IMG/VR virus record: IMGVR_UViG_2711768053_000002
Direction: 5' to 3' (one strand)
DNA: 6,604 nucleotides
Origin: a virus
Taxonomy: Duplodnaviria; Heunggongvirae; Uroviricota; Caudoviricetes
The notes under the pieces were generated by a model. The model saw only the letters and a program-made list of their open reading frames with translations, searched no databases and was not told the origin of the DNA. This document shows positions 1-6,604 of the stretch, piece by piece. Positions within the stretch are counted from its first letter, which is position 1. Every line of letters begins with the position of its first letter. The position numbers were made by a program, and so were the translations under genes.

Positions 1-317
1 TCTTCATTTTCATCATCCACTTCGACGTCAACGGCTGGCGCATCCGGTGCCAGGCGCTGGCGCAGGTCGCCGCCGTTGTCTGCCAGCCAGGCTTCAACCA
101 GAGAAAACACCAAATCCGGATTGAGCTGACGATAGGGCCATGCGTCCCATCGCAGAAAAGCCGTATATTTTCGGACCTGCGTACATAACTGCCCGTGCCC
201 CAGCGACTTCGTAAACGGAACGAGCGTGATGTCATCCATGTCACTGGTGAACGGAATGCGTGCGCGTGCCGGCAGATTGTTTTCAATGAATGCCGTCAGG
301 CTGGCGAGTTGCGTCAT
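1..317 (-). CDS. Hypothetical phage protein, 5' end complete and 3' end beyond the window edge (at least 105 codons); sits immediately downstream of head-completion gene L
   Basis: ATG at 317..315 lies 9 nt after the L stop (327..329) and is preceded by GGAA (taaGGAAatggtATG). I translated the frame by hand and it stays open to position 3: MTQLASLTAFIENNLPARARIPFTSDMDDITLVPFTKSLGHGQLCTQVRKYTAFLRWDAWPYRQLNPDLVFSLVEAWLADNGGDLRQRLAPDAPAVDVEVDDENE... It is absent from the ORF track only because it has no stop inside the window. Function is not recognised. Confidence 0.55.
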   Translation of the reverse strand, partial: MTQLASLTAFIENNLPARARIPFTSDMDDITLVPFTKSLGHGQLCTQVRKYTAFLRWDAWPYRQLNPDLVFSLVEAWLADNGGDLRQRLAPDAPAVDVEVDDENE

Positions 318-326
318 ACCATTTCC

Positions 327-821
327 TTAATCAATCAGCGCGATGGATGCACGCGGTCGGCCCAGCAGCGCCCGCACCGCCATGGCCGCTTCAGCCAGCA
401 ACGTCCGGCGGCTTTCGCTGGCTTCTGATGATGGCTGCGCCTCGCGCCGCCCCACGCTGGCAGATTCCGGCAAAAGATCGGCCTTTGCGCGGGCATACAC
501 AGCCTTGGTGTACAGTGCTGTAATGTGGTTCTGCATCCGTTCAGGTTGTGCATCCGTATTGCGCGGCTCTGGTTGCAACACTGTGTAACCCGGAATATCA
601 GCGGCCCGGATGTGGCCCTGTTCCAGCCAGTATTCACGGCGTGCAGCCAGTTCAGTGTTAATCTCTGTTACCGCGCAAAGCAGCGCCGTCAGCACCGTTT
701 CGTGTGACGTGACGGCGGGGATGCTGCGGCTCTTTTCAAAATCGCCGGCATCAATATCCGGCCAGAATCCATCGTTCTGAATAATGGCCTGCTGATAGTG
801 AATGCTTTTCCCGTCAAACAT
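327..821 (-). CDS. L: Head completion/stabilization protein (P2 gpL family)
   Basis: The product contains FWPDID followed by a C-terminal region that matches my recollection of P2 gpL, and the gene sits after M as in P2. I chose the ATG at 821..819 (GGAG 5 nt upstream, ccGGAGtgagcATG), giving 164 aa; P2 gpL is about 169 aa. The track ORF extends to 1016, but that start would overlap M by 97 nt and add a Pro/Gly/Arg-rich N-terminus. The exact start is uncertain. Confidence 0.8.
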   Translation of the reverse strand: MFDGKSIHYQQAIIQNDGFWPDIDAGDFEKSRSIPAVTSHETVLTALLCAVTEINTELAARREYWLEQGHIRAADIPGYTVLQPEPRNTDAQPERMQNHITALYTKAVYARAKADLLPESASVGRREAQPSSEASESRRTLLAEAAMAVRALLGRPRASIALID

Positions 822-919
822 GCTCACTCCGGGGAAAGGCGGGCTGACCGGTTTCCGCAGTGTGCTGATGGCTTTTGCCGGCACACCTCCACCGCGCCCG
901 CCCGGTTGTTGGGAGTCGT

Positions 920-1630
920 TTACGTGCCCTGCAACGCGCGCAGTCTTGCGGCAATGCGCTGGCGCAGGGTTTTCACCTGAATTTTGGGATGCAGCCAGGC
1001 AGCCCGTTCCAGGCACTGGTCGGCCTGTTGCAGTCTCTCCGGATCGTTAATTGCGCTGGCCTGTGGCTTGCCGTCATCGCCGCGCAGCAGCAGGACGCCT
1101 GCAAAGCGCCAGTAGCGGGCAGCAAGGCGTTCATTCACGCGCCATTTGTCGCGGATTTTTTCAAACACCTGCTGAAAATATGGCGCGATACTGTTCCCGC
1201 GTTCAGCTTCGGTTTCTGCCCATTCAAGAATGAAATGGGCCACAAACGTTGGCAGCTCGCTTTTGAAGTTCTCCGGCGTCTTCTGTCCCTGCTCAATGGC
1301 AATGTCAGCCCACTGCAGCGCCTGCTCAAACTGCCCGGTATCGAACAGCCAGATGATGCAGTGCATCAGGATCGGGTTCTGGTACACGCGTTCCCCGTCC
1401 AGATAGGCCTGTGCATGAGGCAGCCAGCGAGGCAGCAGGACGTCACGCTTGAACGCCAGTCGGTCACTCAGCAGCTCCATGTTCCGCAGCTGCCGGATAT
1501 CGTTATCCAGCGCCAGCAGCTTAATGTGCTGACTCTCTGTGCTGATGGCGCTCCCGTCCGTTCTGGTCATGAGCGCCGCACGGCGCTCATCCATCTGTCG
1601 GGCACGTTGTCGCTGCATTGGCGTTGGCAT
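920..1630 (-). CDS. M: Terminase small (endonuclease) subunit (P2 gpM family)
   Basis: 236-aa ORF in the position of P2 gene M between N and L; size is close to P2 gpM (about 247 aa). GGAG lies 8 nt upstream of the ATG at 1630. The family call is from synteny plus general resemblance, not a search. Confidence 0.8.
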   Translation of the reverse strand: MPTPMQRQRARQMDERRAALMTRTDGSAISTESQHIKLLALDNDIRQLRNMELLSDRLAFKRDVLLPRWLPHAQAYLDGERVYQNPILMHCIIWLFDTGQFEQALQWADIAIEQGQKTPENFKSELPTFVAHFILEWAETEAERGNSIAPYFQQVFEKIRDKWRVNERLAARYWRFAGVLLLRGDDGKPQASAINDPERLQQADQCLERAAWLHPKIQVKTLRQRIAARLRALQGT

Positions 1631-1647
1631 ACCGTGCGCTCCGTTTA

Positions 1648-2661
1648 TCAGGCGATGGTGACCGCAGACTCATCCACGGCGGCATACAGGTCAGGATCGC
1701 CCAGGGCGTAACCCTCATAACGCCAGTATGAGTTTTCGAACTGTTTGCGATCGCCCACATCTTCTGCCTTGCGGCGGCGGGAACCCTTCAGCGTCAGGAT
1801 CTGCAGATTTGGCAGCATGGTCACCACCATACGCTTGCCCGGCATAAACGGTGGAATGATGGCCTTGCGGCCCGCAATGTTCTTCGTCAGCAACTGTGCG
1901 GCCACTTTTTCGGTGGGCTTGTCCTCTTTGTTGTAGAGGCGCAGCTCTTCGGCCGCCACAAGGTCAGCGCCAACCAGTACGGTAAGTCGCGGGTCGTTGT
2001 GATACTGCGCCGGGATGTAAGTGCGGATCAGGTCTGAGGCCATGGCATCAAGGCCAATATAATCGCCGCCTTCGCCCAGGGTAACGGGATCTGTCAGGAT
2101 GCGGGAAGTGTTACCCTCCAGTTCGCCCCACTGACGGGCGATTTCATGCCAGCCGATGTTGACGTCTTCGCCGTTCGGGTGACTTTCCGGGTCAGAGTTT
2201 TCAGCAGCCTCTTTACCGTTAAAGCCAATGCGCAGCATATCCAGCGCAAAGTTGGTGACGGCGGCGGCGTTCATCAGGTTGAAAAATTCCTGCGGGCTGC
2301 CGGCATTCGCCCAGATGGCGAGTTGTTCCCAGGTGATCACGCAGCAGGAATCAGTTTCAACGAGTTTAAATTCGTTGCCTTTGATGCCCGAACCTTTAGC
2401 GAAACGACCGCTTTTCACGCGACCGGTGCGCAGCGTGGATTCTCCCACTGTGACGACCTGCCCCTGCGGGTGCGGAACGTCCATGCAGGTGGTGAAACCC
2501 AGAAATTCTGTGCTTTCCAGCAGGGCTTTACGCAGGGCAATGCTGCGCGGTTCGGTCAGCGAAAAGAAACGATCGCTTGATTTTCCGCAGTCGCTGAATG
2601 TTTTTTGCAGTTCGCTGATGTACTGATTAACCAGCTTTTGTGCTTCTGGTGTCATGTTCAT
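1648..2661 (-). CDS. N: Major capsid protein (P2 gpN family)
   Basis: 337-aa ORF with motifs I recall from P2 gpN (IGFNG, GW, GGDY...LDA, DP.L.VLVG) in the same order. Strong SD GGAGAG lies 6 nt upstream of the ATG at 2661, which is 14 nt after the O stop. Position between O and M matches P2. Confidence 0.9.
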   Translation of the reverse strand: MNMTPEAQKLVNQYISELQKTFSDCGKSSDRFFSLTEPRSIALRKALLESTEFLGFTTCMDVPHPQGQVVTVGESTLRTGRVKSGRFAKGSGIKGNEFKLVETDSCCVITWEQLAIWANAGSPQEFFNLMNAAAVTNFALDMLRIGFNGKEAAENSDPESHPNGEDVNIGWHEIARQWGELEGNTSRILTDPVTLGEGGDYIGLDAMASDLIRTYIPAQYHNDPRLTVLVGADLVAAEELRLYNKEDKPTEKVAAQLLTKNIAGRKAIIPPFMPGKRMVVTMLPNLQILTLKGSRRRKAEDVGDRKQFENSYWRYEGYALGDPDLYAAVDESAVTIA

Positions 2662-2675
2662 TGCGTTCTCTCCGG

Positions 2676-3566
2676 TTACACCAGGTTAAAAGTTTCGCCA
2701 CCGGCCGGATTGTTGCCCGGCAGCTTCGTGGCATCCTTGCTGAGTTCAGCAAATGCGGTTTCCATACTGGTAACCTTCTCCGCGATGGCGTTCACCGTGG
2801 AGAACAGCTTTTCGCCCTGCTCAGCAGTCAGCGTGAAGGTTTTCTCGTCCTTGTTGTTCTGTTCTGCGTTGTTCTGCCCCTGATCGCCGGCGCTGCCTTC
2901 CGGCTTGTTATCACCGGTATCTTTCGGGGCATCCTTCGCGCTGAACTGCGCGACGTTTTTTTCCAGTTTGTCCAGGCGTTCGCCGGTTTTGTTGATGGCG
3001 TCCATCAACTGACCGAACTGTTTTTCGTTCATATCGTTTTCCTGTTTGTTGCGTCCCACGGAGAAAAGGCCGGAAAAGAAACTGCGTTTGGCCTGCTCGT
3101 CGTCAGACTGCAGCGTGAAATTCAGTTCTTCTGCATTCCCCATGTGAATGGAATCTCCCTGCGAAAATTGCAGGCGGGTGGTGTTGATGCTGGCCGGTGT
3201 GTCAGTCACAGCGATACCGGATACAAAGAATTTGCCTGTTCCCAGGTAGTTTTCCTTTACCTCTATGGAGGTGAAAAGTTTTTGTCCAGCCTCGTTGGCT
3301 TCGGTCAGAAAGCGGTTGGGTATCAGGCGGGCTTTCAGCTGCACTTTATCACCGACTTTTTCCGCCTTCAGTGCATCAACAAGACCATAGTTATTGGTGA
3401 AAGCACGCCAGCCGGCGCTGGCATGAAACGGCCAGAGCATGGCGGTGTGTTCGTCCGGGTTATAAACCTCGGCGGCATCCGTCAGCCACTTTGGATCAAT
3501 TTCCCGACCGTCGATGGTGGGGCCTGAAGTGGCTACGACCACCCAGTCTGTTTTCAGTTTCGACAT
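2676..3566 (-). CDS. O: Capsid scaffolding protein with N-terminal protease-type domain (P2 gpO family)
   Basis: 296-aa ORF, first gene of the leftward operon. The N-terminal region (TIDGREIDPKWLTDAAEVYNP...) aligns with my recollection of P2 gpO, and the C-terminal third is low-complexity and charged, as expected for a scaffold. P2 gpO is about 284 aa. The SD is weak. Confidence 0.85.
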   Translation of the reverse strand: MSKLKTDWVVVATSGPTIDGREIDPKWLTDAAEVYNPDEHTAMLWPFHASAGWRAFTNNYGLVDALKAEKVGDKVQLKARLIPNRFLTEANEAGQKLFTSIEVKENYLGTGKFFVSGIAVTDTPASINTTRLQFSQGDSIHMGNAEELNFTLQSDDEQAKRSFFSGLFSVGRNKQENDMNEKQFGQLMDAINKTGERLDKLEKNVAQFSAKDAPKDTGDNKPEGSAGDQGQNNAEQNNKDEKTFTLTAEQGEKLFSTVNAIAEKVTSMETAFAELSKDATKLPGNNPAGGETFNLV

Positions 3567-3649
3567 CTGAATTAACCCGCTGATAAAAATTAAACTGGCG
3601 TTATTTAACGGAGAAATAAAAATGTCGTCATCTGATTAATTTCCGGTAC

Positions 3650-3675
3650 TTTCGGATATGCGTATATATCCGAAA
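3650..3675. promoter_or_regulatory. Perfect inverted repeat TTTCGGATAT-N6-ATATCCGAAA; candidate transcription-factor binding site
   Basis: Arms at 3650..3659 and 3666..3675 are exact reverse complements with a 6-bp spacer (GCGTAT). Imperfect symmetry extends outward (CCGGTA at 3643..3648 against TACCG at 3678..3682). The dyad centre (about 3662.5) is 96.5 bp from the O start and 98.5 bp from the P start. Confidence 0.4.
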
Positions 3676-3745
3676 AATACCGAAAAGCGATATTCGTTTT
3701 TAAAAAAGCCTTTGCTGAAAATGCATAAATTAAAATTGCATCAGC

Positions 3746-3753
3746 AGGTGAGG
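3746..3753 (+). promoter_or_regulatory. Shine-Dalgarno sequence for gene P
   Basis: AGGTGAGG lies 7 nt upstream of the P ATG at 3761. Confidence 0.6.
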
Positions 3754-3760
3754 TTTATTT

Positions 3761-5548
3761 ATGGCGTATTCTGATGAGGTGATTGCTGCTGCAAAATCGC
3801 TCTATCTGAAAAGACACACACCAAAAGAAATACAAAAGAAGCTCGGACTGAACAGCCCGCGAATTGTTTATTACTGGGCGACAAAGTTTGAGTGGTACAC
3901 ACAGCTTAATACTGAAGGCGTGGAGGATGTTATCGCCCGTCGTCTCGCTGTACTGGCGGAGCGTGATCATAAAACGCCGGAAGAGCACGATGAACTCGAT
4001 CGCCTGATTGGTCATCATGTCAAACTGATGTCGGTCAGAAACAAGCACACGGAACGAATGGCCGAGATTGAACGAATGGGAGCGGATATTCCCCAGTCTG
4101 GTCGTTATGGAAAAGAAGAACGCGGAGAAAAAGGTGCAGGTAAGAAAGAGCGCCCCCGCAAAGCTAATGACGTTTCCGGACTGACTGCTGAAAGTTTTGA
4201 GCCGTTTACAAAAAAGTTGTTTGCTTATCAGTTTCATCTGCGTGAAAACAAATTCCGCCGTGTACGCAACCTGCTTAAATCCCGCCAGATTGGGGCGACG
4301 TATTACTTCGCGTTTGAGGCATTTGAAGATGCAGTATTAACCGGCGACACACAGATATTTTTATCGGCATCAAAACGTCAGGCCGAAGTGTTCCGTACTT
4401 ATATTGTAAAAATTGCACAAACAGAGTTTGGCATTCCCATTAAAGGCAATCCGGTTAAGTTAAGTAATCTGGCTGAACTGTATTTTCTGGCGACCAACAG
4501 TAACACAGCGCAGTCAAACAGCGGTCACCTGTATATTGATGAATACCTGTGGATCCCCGGTTTTCGCCGTCTCAATGAAGTGGCATCAGGGATGGCCACC
4601 CATAAACACTGGCGCATTACCTATTTCTCCACGCCGTCATCCAAAACACACCAGGGTTACCCGTTCTGGTCTGGCGATGAATGGCGCAAAGGCGATCCGA
4701 AACGAAAAGGGGTTGAGTTTCCGTCCTTTGATGAGCTGCGCGATGGTGGGCGTGAATGTCCGGATGGTCAGTGGCGCTATGTGGTTACGCTGGAAGATGC
4801 CATTGCCGGCGGCTTTAACCTTGCTGATATCAACGAGCTGCGCGAGCGATACAACGAAACAGCGTTCAATATGCTGTTTATGTGTGTGTTTGTGGATGAC
4901 AAAGAGAGCGTCTTTAAATTCGATGATCTTGTGCGTTGTGGTGTTGATGTCAGTACGTGGGAGGATTTTCATCCGGAAGAGCCCATGCCATTTGGTAACC
5001 GTGAGGTGTGGGGCGGCTTTGACCCTGCGCGCTCCGGCGATAACGCCACATTTGTTGTGCTGGCACCGCCTCTGGTTGCGGCAGAACGATTCCGCGTGCT
5101 GGAAAAACACCACTGGCGCAGCATGTCATTCCAGTTTATGGCAGAGCGTATCCGCAGCATTAAGGCACGCTATAACATGACGTTTATCGGCATTGACGTC
5201 ACCGGTCTTGGCTACGGTGTCTTTGAGCTGGTTCAGGGATTTGCCCGCCGTGAAACTGTGGCCATCCATTACAGCGTGGAATCCAAAAACCGCCTGGTGA
5301 TGAAGATGCTGGATCTGATTTACGCCAACCGTATTGAGTGGGATGAGGAAGCCACGGACATTCCGGCATCGTTCCTGGCCATTCGCCAGGAATCCACCAA
5401 CAGCGGCAATAAAGTCACTTTCACAGCCGAACGTAGCGAAGAAACCGGGCACGCTGACATCTTCTTTGCCATAGCTCATGCCGCAAGTAATGAACCCCTG
5501 AACTATAAGCACAAGCGCAAATCAACATGGATCCTGTCAGATGAGTAA
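3761..5548 (+). CDS. P: Terminase large (ATPase) subunit (P2 gpP family)
   Basis: 595-aa ORF with a strong SD; P2 gpP is about 590 aa. It is followed by the portal gene with an 8-nt overlap and is divergent from O, as in P2. The N-terminus has an HTH-like segment (TPKEIQKKLGLNSPRIVYYWATKF). Confidence 0.9.
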   Translation: MAYSDEVIAAAKSLYLKRHTPKEIQKKLGLNSPRIVYYWATKFEWYTQLNTEGVEDVIARRLAVLAERDHKTPEEHDELDRLIGHHVKLMSVRNKHTERMAEIERMGADIPQSGRYGKEERGEKGAGKKERPRKANDVSGLTAESFEPFTKKLFAYQFHLRENKFRRVRNLLKSRQIGATYYFAFEAFEDAVLTGDTQIFLSASKRQAEVFRTYIVKIAQTEFGIPIKGNPVKLSNLAELYFLATNSNTAQSNSGHLYIDEYLWIPGFRRLNEVASGMATHKHWRITYFSTPSSKTHQGYPFWSGDEWRKGDPKRKGVEFPSFDELRDGGRECPDGQWRYVVTLEDAIAGGFNLADINELRERYNETAFNMLFMCVFVDDKESVFKFDDLVRCGVDVSTWEDFHPEEPMPFGNREVWGGFDPARSGDNATFVVLAPPLVAAERFRVLEKHHWRSMSFQFMAERIRSIKARYNMTFIGIDVTGLGYGVFELVQGFARRETVAIHYSVESKNRLVMKMLDLIYANRIEWDEEATDIPASFLAIRQESTNSGNKVTFTAERSEETGHADIFFAIAHAASNEPLNYKHKRKSTWILSDE

Positions 5549-6575
5549 AAAGAAAAAATACCCCGTGTTACACGATGGCGTGGCAAAAAAAACAGCCAGC
5601 AAAATGACGTTTATCGAATTTGGTGACCCGGAACCGGTCGCTGCATGGGGCTGTTATTACGGCTCGCTCTGGGATGGCTATAACGGCTGGTACACGCCGC
5701 CCATTGAGCGCATGGATCTCGCCATGTTGTCCAATATCGCACCGTATCACGGCGCGGTATTGCGTGCGCGCGTGAATATGATCATGCAGGGTTTTCGGGG
5801 TGGTGGTGGTATGACACACGCCGCCATGGCGGCAGCAGTGACCAATCTGCTGATATTCGGGGATATGGGGCTGCTTAAAGTGCGCAATGGCTTCGGGCGG
5901 GTGGTGCGCCTGCATACGTTGCCTTCTCTGTACCTGCGACGCAACAACGAAGGTGGCACGGTGATTGTGCAGGCGGCACTGGAAGATCTCGTTTACTCGC
6001 CAGGCGAAGTGGTGTTCGTGGCCATTTATGACCCACAACAGCAGGTTTACGGTGTCCCGGATTATATTCATGGAATGGAATCTGCCATGCTGAATGTGGA
6101 TGCCACCCGCTTTCGCCGCAAGTATTACAAGAACGGCGCACATCTGGGTTATATCCTGTATTCCACTGACCCGGACATGGATCCCGAGCTCGAGGCGGAA
6201 TTTCGTAAAAAGATAGAGGCGTCAAAAGGGGCGGGCAATTTTAAATCCATGTTTATCAATATACCTGGCGGAGACAAAGAAGGCGTTAAGGTGATCCCTA
6301 TCGGGGATTCAGGTACAAAAGATGAGTTCCTGAATATAAAAACCATCAGTGCCCAGGATCAGCTCGTTGCGCACCGTTTTCCACCCGGACTTGCCGGCAT
6401 CATTCCCGCAAATACGGCTGGGCTTGGTGACCCACTGAAATCCCGCGAGGCATATTACAGGGATGAGGTTATCCCGATGCGCCGCCTGATTATGGAGGGG
6501 ATCAACAGCGACCCGGATATCAGACGACTGGGGGAGGTGAAATTTATTCTTGATTTTGATGAACCCATGGAGTGA
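5541..6575 (+). CDS. Q: Portal (capsid vertex) protein (P2 gpQ family)
   Basis: 344-aa ORF, the same length I recall for P2 gpQ, immediately downstream of P and overlapping it (ATGAGTAA: Q start at 5541, P stop at 5546..5548). It ends 29 nt before the window edge. Confidence 0.9.
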   Translation: MSKKKKYPVLHDGVAKKTASKMTFIEFGDPEPVAAWGCYYGSLWDGYNGWYTPPIERMDLAMLSNIAPYHGAVLRARVNMIMQGFRGGGGMTHAAMAAAVTNLLIFGDMGLLKVRNGFGRVVRLHTLPSLYLRRNNEGGTVIVQAALEDLVYSPGEVVFVAIYDPQQQVYGVPDYIHGMESAMLNVDATRFRRKYYKNGAHLGYILYSTDPDMDPELEAEFRKKIEASKGAGNFKSMFINIPGGDKEGVKVIPIGDSGTKDEFLNIKTISAQDQLVAHRFPPGLAGIIPANTAGLGDPLKSREAYYRDEVIPMRRLIMEGINSDPDIRRLGEVKFILDFDEPME

Positions 6576-6604
6576 TGTGCGGCATGGGGAAAGAGCGGGT
6601 AAAA

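Larger units (their letters stand above)
3567..3760. promoter_or_regulatory. Divergent late-promoter region driving the O-N-M-L operon leftward and the P-Q operon rightward
   Basis: 194-bp AT-rich intergenic region between back-to-back start codons (O ATG at 3566 on -, P ATG at 3761 on +). P2 has divergent late promoters P_O and P_P at the same location. AT-rich -10-like hexamers are present on both sides (for example TAAAAA at 3701..3706 and TAAAAT at 3731..3736 on +), but no transcription start site can be fixed from sequence alone. Confidence 0.55.

Noticed and set aside
327-1016. Full 229-aa version of the L ORF starting at 1016
   Set aside because: That start would overlap the 3' end of M by 97 nt and add a 65-aa Pro/Gly/Arg-rich N-terminus. 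The internal ATG at 821 has a proper GGAG SD and gives a P2-sized product.
875-1711. 278-aa ORF on the + strand
   Set aside because: Antisense to M and the end of N. The O-N-M-L operon on the - strand has coherent synteny and ribosome-binding sites, so this is a shadow ORF.
2640-3527. 295-aa ORF on the + strand
   Set aside because: It lies entirely antisense to gene O. The translation is Leu/Val/Phe/Arg-rich with no recognisable domain and there is no SD at its start. This is a typical shadow ORF opposite a real gene.
3622-3639. Tiny ORF ATGTCGTCATCTGATTAA (MSSSD) in the intergenic region
   Set aside because: Five codons with no SD; a chance occurrence in an AT-rich promoter region.
3755-4237. 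160-aa ORF on the - strand
   Set aside because: Antisense to the 5' part of P, with a Phe/Ser/Cys-rich low-complexity translation. It would also have to start inside the P ribosome-binding region.
4536-6225. Several 60-214-aa ORFs in alternative frames or antisense within P and Q (4536..5180 +, 4637..5113 -, 5126..5512 -, 5568..6143 -, 5875..6225 -)
   Set aside because: All are nested in the confidently assigned terminase and portal genes and have no independent support.
6586-6593. GGGGAAAG just after the Q stop, resembling the core of the P2/186 cohesive-end sequence as I recall it
   Set aside because: It is only 8 nt, sits closer to Q than I would expect for cos, and appears in the opposite orientation to what my recollection of the P2 left end predicts. 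There is too little sequence to call a cos site.
1-6604. Scan for tRNA genes, CRISPR repeats, IS or transposon ends, integrase or att sites, and defence-system genes
   Set aside because: None found. There are no regularly spaced direct repeats, no terminal inverted repeats flanking an ORF, and no coding capacity left outside the structural genes except the 194-bp promoter region and the 98-nt M-L spacer.

Overview
The window is the capsid-morphogenesis and DNA-packaging module of a P2-like (Peduovirus-type) temperate phage or prophage, most likely from an enterobacterial host. I see no undescribed system inside it: every long ORF is explained by two divergent late operons arranged as in P2. 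On the + strand lie P (terminase large subunit, 3761..5548) and Q (portal, 5541..6575). On the - strand lie O (scaffold, 2676..3566), N (major capsid, 1648..2661), M (terminase small subunit, 920..1630), L (head completion, 327..821) and one further gene that runs off the left edge (1..317). The 194-bp AT-rich region between O and P (3567..3760) is the only substantial non-coding stretch and holds the most interesting signal: a perfect 10-bp inverted repeat centred almost exactly midway between the two start codons, with no P2 Ogr-type TGT-N12-ACA box. All protein assignments rest on my recollection of P2 protein sequences, sizes and gene order; no database search was run. Variable cargo in P2-like phages usually sits outside this module, so the flanking sequence beyond both window edges is where novelty would be expected.
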